A stretch of 63,162 nucleotides of DNA, filler included, from Globobulimina sp. (GCA_003354225.1; 31 parts of 31 records of this genome joined end to end with filler, not necessarily neighbours in it); one strand, 5' to 3'. Positions 1 to 12,256 are shown, counted from the whole stretch's first letter. Translations and numbers: made by a program. Notes: a model not told the origin generated them from the sequence alone.

Positions 1-148
1 CATTTATTCCATAATTAAGTACAAATCATTCAAAATATAATAAACCAAATATGATAAAAAAACAGATTTATGCAAAAAGCCACAGAAAAACGTTACGAAA
101 TTATGTTATTTGGGTAACGTTTCAGTGTCAGATACAATGCATAGAATA

Positions 149-1220
149 TCATATACCATATAACTGAGTGTCTGTGGTGTGGACAGTGCCGATGCTGTGA
201 TTGGACGCAGTGGCGGTTAAAGCGAGTGATGGCGCCGTTTGTTTATGGCGTTTTTTTCGCTTTTTTTTCTTTTTCTGTTTCTGCAAAGGAGATAGCGGTG
301 AAATGACATCATTTTTGGCCGAATGTGTAGAGGAAACATTCGATGATCGTTTGTGTTTTTGTGTAGTCACCGTATCATCAGATATTGTGATGGATATTGT
401 TTGCGATTTTTTCGTGTTTAAATGAACGTGCAACGGACTGAAGATATGCAAATCATGTTCACTTTTGTTGATATCCTGGTGATTTAATGAGTGGTCGGAT
501 GAAGAATAGCCGATTGACGGCGTGATGACTAATTTGCCGCCATTGGGATGGCTTAATTTGGATTTGGAGGCTGCTTCGTGGATTGCTACCAATTTATTCA
601 TTGCTTGCTGACTTAATGATGGATCTATTTCGTGCAAAGGTAAGTGCTGAGAGTGTTGTTGTGCATTAAGTGTCAAATCTGAATAAGCGTTGGTGACTGG
701 TGTCTGTTGCACGCAGTGAGTGTGTTGTTAGTTTGTATTGTGTTGCAATGCATGGATAGACTTAACAAAAAAGTTAGCTTCTCCATCAATAACATTTGAA
801 GAGGAATGGGATTGGGATAACGACCGCATTGTCGCTGGAACTGAAAAAAAAACAAAAAACTCACATACAATTTTCCACTGTAAAAGTATTTAGTTATTTT
901 GCCACAGGTATCTTGCCACCATCGTAGTTTAGTATCTTCATCAAAAGAAATGTAACCATATTATATGCATTCCATCCGCGCTCAACGATATATATATGAT
1001 AACACTCAAAAATAATGACAAATTGTATTGATATTGGATCGAACACAAATGGACTTGAATATGATTATAATATATTTATATATATACTATCACGCTACAA
1101 CGCATATTCGCAGCCATCAAATCATTCGCATTGCCATCATCCACGACATTGAACCGAAACTCTGTGCTGTGATTGCCATGAAACAACCATTCGTATCGCA
1201 GGTGGCTATAGTTTGAAACT
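149..1220 (-). CDS. Hypothetical multi-exon protein; C-terminal exon is Ser/His-rich with a basic (NLS-like) tract
   Basis: ORF 149-712 with KKKKKRKKRHK; upstream open segments bounded by GT..AG (for example 841-868). Exon structure is uncertain. Confidence 0.35.
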
Positions 1221-1593
1221 GAAAATATATGCACATTTATGCAGGAATCGCAATACCAAAGAAATAAAATTATAACGCATTATTACCACAAATTATATAA
1301 TGCTTCATATCCATCGCACATTTATTAATTCAGTCGGTAATGTACAACGTAATGAATATCAACAGAATACAAACCGTCCTGTGGCTGACACACTGATTTT
1401 ATACAATTTTAATTATGCTCACAGCCTTGAAATACACCAACAATTATTACATGAACGTCATTTTTGAGTGCTATCACAGTGTACAATGCATATAATATAA
1501 TAACATCAGTTGTTTTATGTATATCTTACAAATCAATGCCATCTCAGATGTCGATATCAAAATTTTCTTTTTACAAAACAGGTAAAGTACGCA

Positions 1594-1943
1594 ATGGACA
1601 ATAAACAATCAAAAGAAAACAAACAACGCTCAGTGCCACCAACGCCTCAATCAAATGAACAAAGTCCTAACAAAGCAAACAAGCAAAACGATGATACCTC
1701 CAAACCATTAATCGATTTTGATATGTTTTTAGAGAATAAAGCAGATGAAACGGATAATGAGAGTGATAAATGTATGCATAAAGTCAATGACTGCAAACCG
1801 ATAAAACGAGTGATTGCGGCATTAATATATTATGAAATATTAAATGAGCGACAAACTGCGAATAGCAGCGGACAGAGAATATTTAGCGAGTTTTTGTGTG
1901 AAATGTATGCAAATTATTTGGATGACATCGCTCATTTCGTGGT
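1594..1943 (+). CDS. Hypothetical protein, N-terminal fragment (truncated by contig end)
   Basis: ATG at 1594, open to the linker; DCKPIKRVIAALIYY...YLDDIAH motif. Confidence 0.55.
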
Positions 1944-2043
1944 NNNNNNNNNNNNNNNNNNNNNNNNNNNNNNNNNNNNNNNNNNNNTTAATTAATTAAN
2001 NNNNNNNNNNNNNNNNNNNNNNNNNNNNNNNNNNNNNNNNNNN
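1944..2043. other. Synthetic contig linker (first of 30 identical ones, spaced about every 2040 bp)
   Basis: N44-TTAATTAATTAA-N44; stop codons in all six frames; flanking contigs are 1939-1943 bp in decreasing length. Confidence 0.98.
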
Positions 2044-2390
2044 ATGTCGCTTAAAACCGCCTTTTTTTACAGTGCTCCACCGTTTACTTGCCATGATGTT
2101 CAGTTGCAAAAAAAAACTCAATATTTAGCTGGTATTTTGGTTTAGTTTGGAAAAAGAAGACATCGATCAATTAAAAATAAAAATAATAAAAAAAAAACTC
2201 TTTGTGCCAAATAAATCGACTCAAAATCAATAAAAAAAATAACTAAATCTAAGAAAAACTAAATAAAAGAAATATATGAAAAATGGAGGGGAAAAAATAT
2301 ATATTGCACATTCAATAATAACTTATTAGAAAACATACAAAATCATGAAAAAAAACAACAGTCATTTATAGCATTTAATATCAATAACTT

Positions 2391-3986
2391 TTAAACTTGT
2401 AATACCGTCAGATCTCGAATGTCTGACGGATCGCATGGCAATTCCGGACCATTTACAGTTTGTTTTATGCGACAACCAACACAGGAATTCGGCGCACAGT
2501 TAATTTCCTCCACAAATACAGAAGTCCCCGTAATAAACGTAGTACCATCACACGATCCATAGCCACTGCAATCAATTCGACCGAGACTCACCTGAAATCC
2601 CTGTTTGTTTTCAATCACAAACGTGGCGTCCTGAGCAGCAAACTGTCCACCCATTAAAAATCCGGTTAAATGTTCAATTGGCTCCACTCTCGAAGGACTA
2701 TCCATTAATTCGATGATAAAATGTGAATTCCTACACGACTCTACCGAACTGCACACAAATTCAAACCCATTCATCGGATTTATAATCCTCTTCGTCTGCG
2801 CAAAACATGCAAGAGGGTCTTTACATAAATACTTTGGCAAATTCATAAAACATTGCTCCAATCCGGTGGCCGTAGTACATGATGGACCACAGATGCAATT
2901 ATCGACAGTAACCTCGCCGATAAAATCAAATACCGCATTATTGCAAGCATCTGGCTGTATGCATTCCAAATCGGTGATAAACACCTCATCACAGCCTTCA
3001 TTGCGTACAGTAATATGCAGCCCTTCGCAGGACAGCTCACTGTTACATAATATCTTCTTTATCTCAAACCTGCCGCGAACCGGAGAAGTGCAGCTCTGCG
3101 CTGGTAAAATAATCTCAAGCTCCAACCCTTCGCATGCCGATGTTCCTGGATTTTATATGTATATATATCTGAATAATACAAATGCAATTAACACAAACCT
3201 GCGCATTCTAATATAAAACCATCCTTTGGATAAGATATGCTAATCTTTGCGTCTTTGCACGACATCTCGCCATCGCAATCCACAGAGCTCACACTCGTGG
3301 CTGACATGACAGTCTCTGCACAGGCTTGCACGCCTTGACAGTCAATGGACGCACCACTCGACGACACAAAATCGCCACTCACACGAATATCCCGCACACC
3401 ATACAAACCATTGGAGCCCGTCACTCGTAATTCATGGCAGGGATAGCCCTCAAAGCCACATTGCACCGTCTGGCACATACAGCAATCATAAGGGGTCACG
3501 CACGCGATACTGCCATAGCTATCGGTCAATACGTCAGTCGCCGATCTGCATTGATCATACTCATTAAAGGCGCCATTTGGACATAATTGGTCGTATGCAC
3601 CATATTGATAACCAAAAGGTGTGGGTCGTTGGGTTGGCGCGAATGTGGTGGGAGACACACTCGGATGCGGTGTGGTCGGTGCTGACGTTGTTGGTGAGGC
3701 TGATGGATTGTTGGTGGGCCTTTTGGTTGGGATATTTGTTGGATTTTTGGATGGCGAGGTAGATGGATTAAATGTGGGTGATTTGGTGGGTGATGGAGAT
3801 GGCATAATTGTGGGTTTTTTGGTGGGTGAGGTAGTGGGTGTTTTTGTGGGCGTTGCAGTATTAGCGGTTGGCCGATTTGTGGGTTTTTGTGTGGGTGTTT
3901 TTGTGGGTGATGCGGTGTTGGCAGTTGGCCGATTTGTGGGTATTTTTGTGGGTGTTTTTGTGGGTGATGCGGTGTTAGCGGTTGGT
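2391..3986 (-). CDS. PT(Pro/Thr)-repeat protein with Cys-rich C-x5-C repeat domain, 5'-truncated, 2 exons
   Basis: PTxxP repeats followed by C-x5-C units (DCQGVQACAE, DCDGEMSCKD, DCSGYGSCDG); GT-AG intron 3146-3198 joins ORFs 3188-3805 and 2391-3125 in frame. Confidence 0.8.
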
Positions 3987-4338
3987 NNNNNNNNNNNNNN
4001 NNNNNNNNNNNNNNNNNNNNNNNNNNNNNNTTAATTAATTAANNNNNNNNNNNNNNNNNNNNNNNNNNNNNNNNNNNNNNNNNNNNCAAAACTTTTAATT
4101 TCCTAAAAACACTCTTTTTTTCGATTTTTTGGATTCCCTGAAAACAATATTTCCGTGAAAACAATAATTCCCATGATTCCCTTAAAAAAATAATTCCGAT
4201 GATTCCCTTAAAAACCATAATTCTTTAAAACCTCAAAATCTTTTATTCCTAACAATCCACTTTTTTCCGTCTTTTTTTTTTCCCGGAAAAATAATCATTT
4301 CCACAAACTAAAATCTCCTCAAACTCAACATTTGCAAT

Positions 4339-5750
4339 ATGGACGACGATGAAAACAATGCGTCACTACTACCACCTCCGCCTGAAATATATGCTCCGCC
4401 TCAAATGCCTCGGTCACATAAAAAGTTAAATTTTATCTATTTGTTTTCTATCTGTATATAACAAAATATTACAACAGAGATGTTTATATACAAACAAAAT
4501 CATCGCGTCAGAAAAAATGGAATGAAACGGTATTAGCTCATTGGGATGATAGATTTAAAACTTTGAAAGATGGAGTTGGTGAATATGAAGTTGAGGCCTG
4601 GCTGGAGAAAATATGCGACCGAATTGCAGAGATGCATGGTATTCATTCTTCTGATATGCATTTTAAATATAAACGATCCAAAACAAATATAAAACGAAAA
4701 CCTGCATTACGCCTTGAAAAATACTCATTTGAATACGTCGAACCATTACAAGACACTTTATATGTTTATATTAATGGTATGTTTATATTAATGATAACAA
4801 ACTGAAAGATGATAGATTTATATTAATAGAGGAATGTAGCAATAGCGATTGCCCAGTAAATGATAGTGATGAAAAGAAAAAGAAAAAAAAAGCAAAGAAA
4901 AAAGCAAAAAATAGAAAACGAAGAAATTATTCACCATCTGATGAAGAGGAGGTACCAAGAAAGAAAAAAAAAACATGTCAGAAAGAGGAGTATGATTACA
5001 GTGAAAGTGGATCAGATTATGATGAAAATAAAAAAAATAAAAATAAAAAGAAAAAGAAAAAAAATGCAAAGTCAGATGATGATGAATATTCGAGAGCAAT
5101 GTATGGACAAACCATGGATTTGATCGTTAAGAAACACTCAAAAAATTTAAACGGCGATGGTTTAGTAAAATTTTGTGATTTAATAGTATGTAAAATGTAT
5201 TTTATATTTATATTGCATTCCCTTTAATATATATAATATATATAAGTGTGCCAAACCTAATAAGTATGAGATTAGCCAGATACCAAATGAATTAAATGCA
5301 TATTTAATTAATGTGCAACCTGTAAATACTGGTTCTTACACAACAAAAACAACACATCCAACTGCAGCACCATCACAAGCTCCAACTGTACAGACACCGC
5401 CAGCACAAAACACAATGCAACAAATGATGGAATTTGCGAAAATATTCGGCGGATTAGTTCGGCAACAACAACCACCGCAATATTATGCTTCACAGCAACC
5501 ACGACAACGACCACAATATTATGCATCACAACAACTACAGCCACCGCCACCTCCACCTCCACCACAACAACAACCACAATATTTGGCACCACAACCGCCT
5601 CCACCTCCACCTCCACCACAACAACATGCTTATAATTACTCTCAATATCAAGAGCCTCAGCCTCCGTTACCAATATATAATTCACCAACAAATACACATA
5701 TTACTGTTGATGATGGTACAATTCAACCGTTAGAGCTGGAGGACATTTGA
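4339..5750 (+). CDS. Hypothetical multi-exon protein with Lys/acidic middle and Pro/Gln-rich C-terminus
   Basis: ATG at 4339; open segments joined by short AT-rich GT-AG introns (approximately 4777-4829 and 5187-5246); PPPPPPQQQ tracts. Confidence 0.55.
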
Positions 5751-5828
5751 TAATCACTGCAATCACGCTTTGACATGATTTACTATTTAAAGACATTGTT
5801 TCTTTTTTTACAATGCGCCACCTTAATT

Positions 5829-6029
5829 ATTGGCAGTTATATTCCTCGCTCTCTCCACCGCCCAATGTACTCGCTATAAATGCCATAATATTGGCAGTTA
5901 TCCCTCGCTCTCCACCGCCCATTGTACTCGCTATAGATGCCATAATATTGGCGGTTATCCCTCGCTCTCCACCGCCCATTGTACTCGCTATAGATGCCAT
6001 AATATTGGCGGTTATCCCTCGCTCTCTCC
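5829..6029. repeat. 57-bp tandem minisatellite, about 3.5 copies, running off the contig end
   Basis: Unit TTGGC(A/G)GTTATCCCTCGCTCTCCACCGCCCATTGTACTCGCTATAGATGCCATAATA at about 5829, 5891, 5948 and 6005. Confidence 0.9.
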
Positions 6030-6129
6030 NNNNNNNNNNNNNNNNNNNNNNNNNNNNNNNNNNNNNNNNNNNNTTAATTAATTAANNNNNNNNNNNNNNN
6101 NNNNNNNNNNNNNNNNNNNNNNNNNNNNN

Positions 6130-7620
6130 CCGGAACTGCCGCAGACACCGCCGCCACCAAAACATGAGCCGGAGCCGGAGCCGGAGCCAGAGGCGAAAAT
6201 AGAAACGGAAGCAGGTGTTTTCATGCTTTCTTGATTGAGTGCAAGGATAGTGTCTCATTGACAAATTTCAAATATTTAACCTTAAATCAACACATTTTTA
6301 CCGTTGTAATCTGCATAAAATTGTAGAAACTATCAAATTCAACGCACTTTTAAACTGTTTCTGAATACAAATGTCTTAACAGAAAGGGGAGGCGGCGTAG
6401 AAGAAATCAGTGAGGTTTGCGATGTCGGAGAGGAAATATTGACGGTGGCAGATATGGGCGACGATGATGCAGAGACCATCACAGAGGCAGTCGTCAACAG
6501 TCGCGGTGATAAAATGATTGCTTTATTTGCAGACATCTTAGTGTCGTGTTACAAGACGATCGGTACAAAATATGTGTTGTTAAACGAGTTGGAACGATTA
6601 ATAAAAACCTCATTTCGCGACAATACGCCGTATGAATTTGACATTATTGAGTTAGATTATGTTTGTTTTCTGCAGTTATTAACGCAAAAACAGTTAGAAA
6701 TGAATATGAAGATTGTGAATATTGAGAAAAGGTTAATGGATAAAAATTGTAGCAACGACATTATAAATGGTAAATGCCCCGAAGTGGAAACGTATGTTGT
6801 TATAAATACAAAGGAGAACGAATCGGAGAGTGATTCACCGGAAATAACGGAGAATATTAAATATTTATCCGCTTGTAATGTAGTGTCGAAATTGAGTCCG
6901 AATGACGTTTATTATCATTTGAAGTTAATTCATTCTCAGTGTTCTGTGGATAAATTGTTAGATGGCGTTGGCGTGGACAATATGAATAATATCAATTCTT
7001 TTGATGAGATTGCGAGGGAATTGCGGGAGAATAATATCAGTGGCGGCCGCATTTTAGAGATGAAATGGTCAGAATGGGAAATGTTGCATGAACTGAGTCG
7101 GTATGACCGCGATCATCAGGACTTTGTGGAAGACATTGTGATGGATTTTTTCTTTCCCTTTGTGACCGGGGAACAGTTAAGCAACCAAATTGTGCAATAT
7201 TTGAAACATCAGAGCCAGAATCCGAATCAGAATGAGATTTCGATATTTAATGAGGAACAATTACGGTCGAAATTTACTTTATGTGTCGATTATGGCATAT
7301 TTTATAACGATGCGAACAATACAATCTCGCCAATCCTTCATTATTTTGTGAAGAAATGTCAATTGATGGACTGTAATCGTTTGTTGTTGCTACATAAAAA
7401 TATCTCCGTCGATTGTGTGATGGGGGAATATTCTTCTATGCATATCGCAGCGTGGAGGGGGAAGTTTAAATTATTGGCTTATTTGACCAATTATGGCGGC
7501 AATCCTTTGGTGAAAAATAAAAAGGGCGAAACTGCTTTTCAAGCTGGAAAAAAATATAGACAAAAAATAAAATGGTATATTGCGCAATTTCCGCAATTTA
7601 ACCAATTGCAAGCACAATAA
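6130..7620 (+). CDS. Ankyrin-repeat protein with possible SAM-like domain, 5'-truncated
   Basis: SMHIAAWRGKFKLLAYLTNYGGNPLVKNKKGETA ankyrin consensus; LRENNISGGRILEM is SAM-like; upstream PEPEPE exon joins via an intron ending at 6382. Confidence 0.75.
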
Positions 7621-8172
7621 AAGCACTTCATATCAATTGGGACAATAATACAATTTGATTTTGTTAATTTTTTTTAATTTAGTCATATAAACCAATATTC
7701 AATACATGCTCGTTACGCATTGCACAAATCCAAAGCACTTCCTATTTTTCGGAAAGTATCGTCTGTTTGCAAGAGTTAAGGGTTTTAAAAGTCTATAAAT
7801 TAGGATGTGTTCACTTTTTTAACTCGAGTGAATGAGGTGAATCTCAAAAAGTGATCATGTTTTTGAAGAAATGCAAACTTTGCGTTTGTGAAGCATGCTT
7901 TTTATCAAGGCTGAATTTAATAGACGTCGGAATATCAACTCGCGAGCTAGCTTCTCCGATGTAGAAACAATATATTTTCTATGTCCATGATATGCACGTT
8001 TTATTTTGTTTGTTTTATTTTATCCCCTTGGGAAAAGCGAATTTTTTGAGCTTACCATGGGTTTTGTTTACTNNNNNNNNNNNNNNNNNNNNNNNNNNNN
8101 NNNNNNNNNNNNNNNNTTAATTAATTAANNNNNNNNNNNNNNNNNNNNNNNNNNNNNNNNNNNNNNNNNNNN

Positions 8173-9155
8173 ATTTGTTTTTTTTGCAGTAATTTTTGTT
8201 GTTTCTCTGCTAAGCTTTTTTGTGCCATTCGCTGTTTTCTCCGAATGTTTTTATGTTTTTGTTTTCTGCTTTTTTTGTCTTGACTTAACATGGTTTTATA
8301 TACAAATTGATGCTCTTCGTATCTTTTATTTTGTCGTTGCATGTATTCTCTACGTTGTTTTTCATTCATTTCTTGTGTAAAACGGAGTTTTTTATTTTTC
8401 GTTTTTATTTTTTTATAAATTTTTTCGTTTCTGTTTTTTATTTCTTTTTGAATCGATTCCTGTGCTTTCTTTGATTTTTGTTGATTCAAAACATTTGTTT
8501 GCTTTATTTTATTCACAATATTTTGAATATATTCATTATGTCTTTGCGTGGCCTCATCAATAATATGATGCGCTTTTTGTAATTCTTTTACTTTTTGCAC
8601 TCGCTTCGCTTCACTTTGCCATTTCTTTGAGATCAAAGTGTTTATTTTTAACGTTTTTTTCCTCGCAGTTTTGTTGTGTAAAATTTCATTTTTTGCAAAC
8701 TGTTTAGTCAATTCATTATATTTTACGTTTTTCAATTTTAATTTTATGGCGCTTTTATTTTCTGTATTTGTTTCTGTAGTTTTTTTTGGATTCCATTCGT
8801 TTTCAATTAAGTTTTCCCGAATAAAATCAACTTGTTTTAATAATGTTAATCGTTCTTTTTCCGCAAAGGTTCTTCTTAATTCTAATACAGAGAGAGGTAC
8901 TTTTTTATTTTTGGGAATTATTTTGTTGTTATAGTCCGTAGGCAATAACTGTAATGGATCAACACCGCTCCTCCGACAAGCTTCTCGAGTCCGCGATGTT
9001 AGCTGCGTTTCATCGCTCGGATGTATGCGTATGTTTGATGCAGAAGGCAAGCGAGGAAATAATGTTCTTGATTTTAGCCTTGCTGTATCTAATGCAGATG
9101 AGTTCGATCGCATCATAGTGTTTCTTGAGTACATTGGTCTATCAGTTAATGACAT
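8173..9155 (-). CDS. Basic coiled-coil protein, 3'-truncated
   Basis: Long K/Q/E-rich ORF; RTREACRRSGVDPLQLLP N-terminal motif. Confidence 0.65.
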
Positions 9156-9486
9156 TTCATTGACAAGCAAAGCAAATGGTACTTACTATGAATATGCATG
9201 AAAATTATGATACTTACTTGTGATCGGATAGAATCATAATTTGCAAACTGTTGAAACTTCAGAATGAAAGCCATTATCCAGGAACAACAGAAAAAAAACT
9301 GTATGTTAAGGTTGTATATCCTTGCACATATACTGATATACAAACAGATCATGAATAATTATGCATGATCTATTGTTAAATTAATGCTGTTCAATTGCAA
9401 GGTCAGTTTAATGATAATGTTCAATTGTAATGTGTGTAATGTGTAATGATATCAATATTGTTATATTCAATTAAATTCCATCAAAT

Positions 9487-9714
9487 CTATATCCAAATCT
9501 TTGCCCATAACAAAAGAAATAGGAATCCAAGCCCAGTGAATGCAGCGGCAATGATTGATACAATCACTTCTCCAACCAATGACTTTTCGTTTTGTCGTTT
9601 AAATTGCATTGTAAAAAACCATGCTGTAAACAGTAATCCAACAGACAATAATCCTATAAAATATTGGAAAAAATGATCCGGATCAATCGGTGCCTCTAAG
9701 AACTGTTGCTCCAT
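9487..9714 (-). CDS. TMEM258: Oligosaccharyltransferase subunit TMEM258/OST5
   Basis: 75 aa with two TM helices; GLLFTAWFF and GLGFLFLLLW match the TMEM258 motifs GMFFTAWFF and GFGVLFLLLW. Confidence 0.88.
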   Translation of the reverse strand: MEQQFLEAPIDPDHFFQYFIGLLSVGLLFTAWFFTMQFKRQNEKSLVGEVIVSIIAAAFTGLGFLFLLLWAKIWI

Positions 9715-9801
9715 GTTTTTATCTATTGATACAACGAAAGGATGATGTTCGATCTTGCTTGCTTTCTTTCTTAGCTTTTAACAAAAAACATTTAGCAAAA
9801 A

Positions 9802-10114
9802 ATGTTGTCATCAAACGAACAAAAAGTGAATGAATACACATACGACCATCCATTATCACACTTATATACAATAGCGTTCATAACAAAGAAAAACAAATCA
9901 CATCGCCTATATATCTCAATTTGTGCGTACTTAGACATTCAATCATTATGTCGTATCAGTTGCAGCAGCAAAGAGTTTAATTTTATTTCATTATCTGAAG
10001 ACATTTGGAAACAATTATGTTTATGTAAATGGACTGAATTAAAAATGGCTAAAAATTTACAACAAGATCCGTTTCCAATTTATAAATCTTGTTACAAACG
10101 TAAAGCAGTTCAAG
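9802..10114 (+). CDS. F-box protein, N-terminal fragment
   Basis: LYISICAYLDIQSLCRISCSSKEFNFISLSEDIWKQLC fits the F-box consensus. Confidence 0.75.
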
Positions 10115-10214
10115 NNNNNNNNNNNNNNNNNNNNNNNNNNNNNNNNNNNNNNNNNNNNTTAATTAATTAANNNNNNNNNNNNNNNNNNNNNNNNNNNNNN
10201 NNNNNNNNNNNNNN

Positions 10215-11804
10215 TATTTGAAAAAATTAAGCAAGGCTTTATAGCGGAGGTTAGGGAGGGATACGGACCATTTTTTCCATCGGATTTGCCCGTGTCCAGT
10301 GAAGCTATGGCATTTATCTCTGGAATGCTGAAATACTCCGTGGCGGATAGGATGACTGTTGATGAGTGTTTAGGCCATCCATGGATTCGGGGCAAATCTT
10401 ATGATAAAACGTTGCCGAAAACAGTGTTCGATTCGTTGTGCAATTTCGATCGGACGTGCCGGTTTAAGTTGATTGTGTCCAAATTGTTTTCACATAAATT
10501 GGACCCGACGCGTTATGCGCAAACACTCGAAGTGTTTAAGAAATGGGATAAGAATGGGGATGGCGAGATATCTTTGCAGGAATTTAAGGTAAAGCAGGGA
10601 ATATATATATGCATTTGAGTGGTATTTATCAACATTTTTAGTATGAAAAAAAATGGATTTTGAACAGTAACGCTTCTGGAAAACATATAAAAGTCAAATA
10701 CGTTACAAGTAAAATGTGGAATGCTGTGATGAATAAATTGTTTACAGCATATACTGTTTGATGATATTTAATTTTTATTCATCTGAGTATTCCACATTTT
10801 GCTTGTGCACAGGTAACGTGTTTGACTTTTATATGTTTTTGAAAGCGTTGTTATGTCTCTGTCTTGTTCGAAATCTAATTTTCATACTAAACATTCTGAT
10901 AAATAGCAGCTAGCCTTCAATTACATATCAATGCACATTAATACTTTCAGATTGGTATGAAACAAACGACAGATTTATCAGATCAAGAAATACAAGAAAT
11001 ATTTAGCAATTTAGACCAAGATGATTCGCGGTCCATTACTATCGATGAATTAATCATTTCCTCTGCATACAATGCGTTGGTATCGGTGGATGAACGCTTG
11101 TATGCAACTTTTGCAGAGTTGGATAAAGACGGTGATGGTACAATTACTGTGGATGAATTAAGAAAAATTCTTTCCGAAAACAATATTAATGACGATATTG
11201 CTTCGGATGATATTGATTCAGTGATTGATGAAATTGATATTAACGGTGATGGTAAAATTGACGTATGTTTTTTCTATGTGTTTTATATGTTAATATTGAT
11301 TTAATTGACAGTATGAAGAATTTCTACATGCTCTGCATCCGCAATATAATGAAACTATTGTCCAACGGAATCAATCTAAGATTAAACACAAAGGATTTGG
11401 CACTTTTGATGAAAACCAATTCAATCAATTTCAGTCATTCTTAAAACAAACTGATTCGAAAACTGTATTGCAATATCATTGGAGTTAATTATTAATATTT
11501 GTTATATGTTTTATATGTTTTTATATTGTGTACAATTAAAATAGATCCAAAAGCAATGCAAAAGAATTTTAGCTTTTATAGGAAGGAAAAGAATCAAGTT
11601 ATAAACAAATTAAGTTCTTTGGAAGAAGAGGAAGTGATCGAAGTGGAGGAGAAAGTTCAAGTTGCAAACAAATCAAAAGTAAATACAGATTCTGAGAAGA
11701 AACACGCGGAAAAGAAAAACATCAAACCATCTCGTAATTTGATTCGAGAGAGTGATAACATGGATAAATATGATCCATCGCGTGCCTGTTGTGTTATGTT
11801 GTAA
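10215..11804 (+). CDS. Calcium-dependent protein kinase (C-terminal kinase lobe plus 4 EF-hands), 5'-truncated, multi-exon
   Basis: RMTVDECLGHPWI kinase subdomain XI; EF-hands DKNGDGEISLQE, DQDDSRSITIDE, DKDGDGTITVDE, DINGDGKID|YEE; introns 10589-10950 and 11263-11311, third intron ending 11544. Confidence 0.88.
10623..10904. mobile_element. Foldback/MITE-like element inside a CDPK intron
   Basis: Imperfect inverted arms of about 110-130 bp (TTTAGTATGAAAA...AAAACATATAAAAGTCAAA...AAAATGTGGAAT versus its reverse complement at about 10775-10904). Confidence 0.7.
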
Positions 11805-11936
11805 ATATAGATTGTGTTTATGTTCCCTTTTCTGTTTGCCTCATTTGAATCATTTTAGTTGTACAAATGAACCTATTTTTATGAATTGCGGATTTTAAAA
11901 ACAAAAAAAAATCAACATCGTCAATAAAATATCCAC

Positions 11937-12063
11937 TTGACTTTTTAGGTTCACACTTCTAAACACTTCTTTTGTGATTGACTAAGTTTTTTAAAGCTTT
12001 TTGCACCTGCATTAGGCTACATTTAGGGGCAAAGTGTTTAGAAGTGTGACCCTAAAAAGTCAA
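11937..12063. mobile_element. Short MITE-like element with 32-bp terminal inverted repeats
   Basis: TTGACTTTTTAGGTTCACACTTCTAAACACTT ... AAGTGTTTAGAAGTGTGACCCTAAAAAGTCAA (1 mismatch). Confidence 0.7.
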
Positions 12064-12256
12064 TTGTGTTCATTTTTTTTGTTTGAATGGCCTCAATTAG
12101 AAAGTCAGAAATGATAATTAGACTATGCTCAACTAAGTTTTTTTCGAGACCGTTACNNNNNNNNNNNNNNNNNNNNNNNNNNNNNNNNNNNNNNNNNNNN
12201 TTAATTAATTAANNNNNNNNNNNNNNNNNNNNNNNNNNNNNNNNNNNNNNNNNNNN

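Noticed and set aside
1944-2043. Regularly spaced TTAATTAATTAA motif flanked by Ns
   Set aside because: Artificial linker with stops in six frames; not a biological repeat or CRISPR. ORFs ending in X...LIN or X...N are linker artefacts.
3621-4034. Val/Gly-rich ORFs (also 5308-5697, 38093-38545, 38168-38608)
   Set aside because: Antisense or off-frame shadows of Pro/Thr/Gln-repeat genes.
5829-6029. Possible CRISPR array
   Set aside because: Units are contiguous with no unique spacers.
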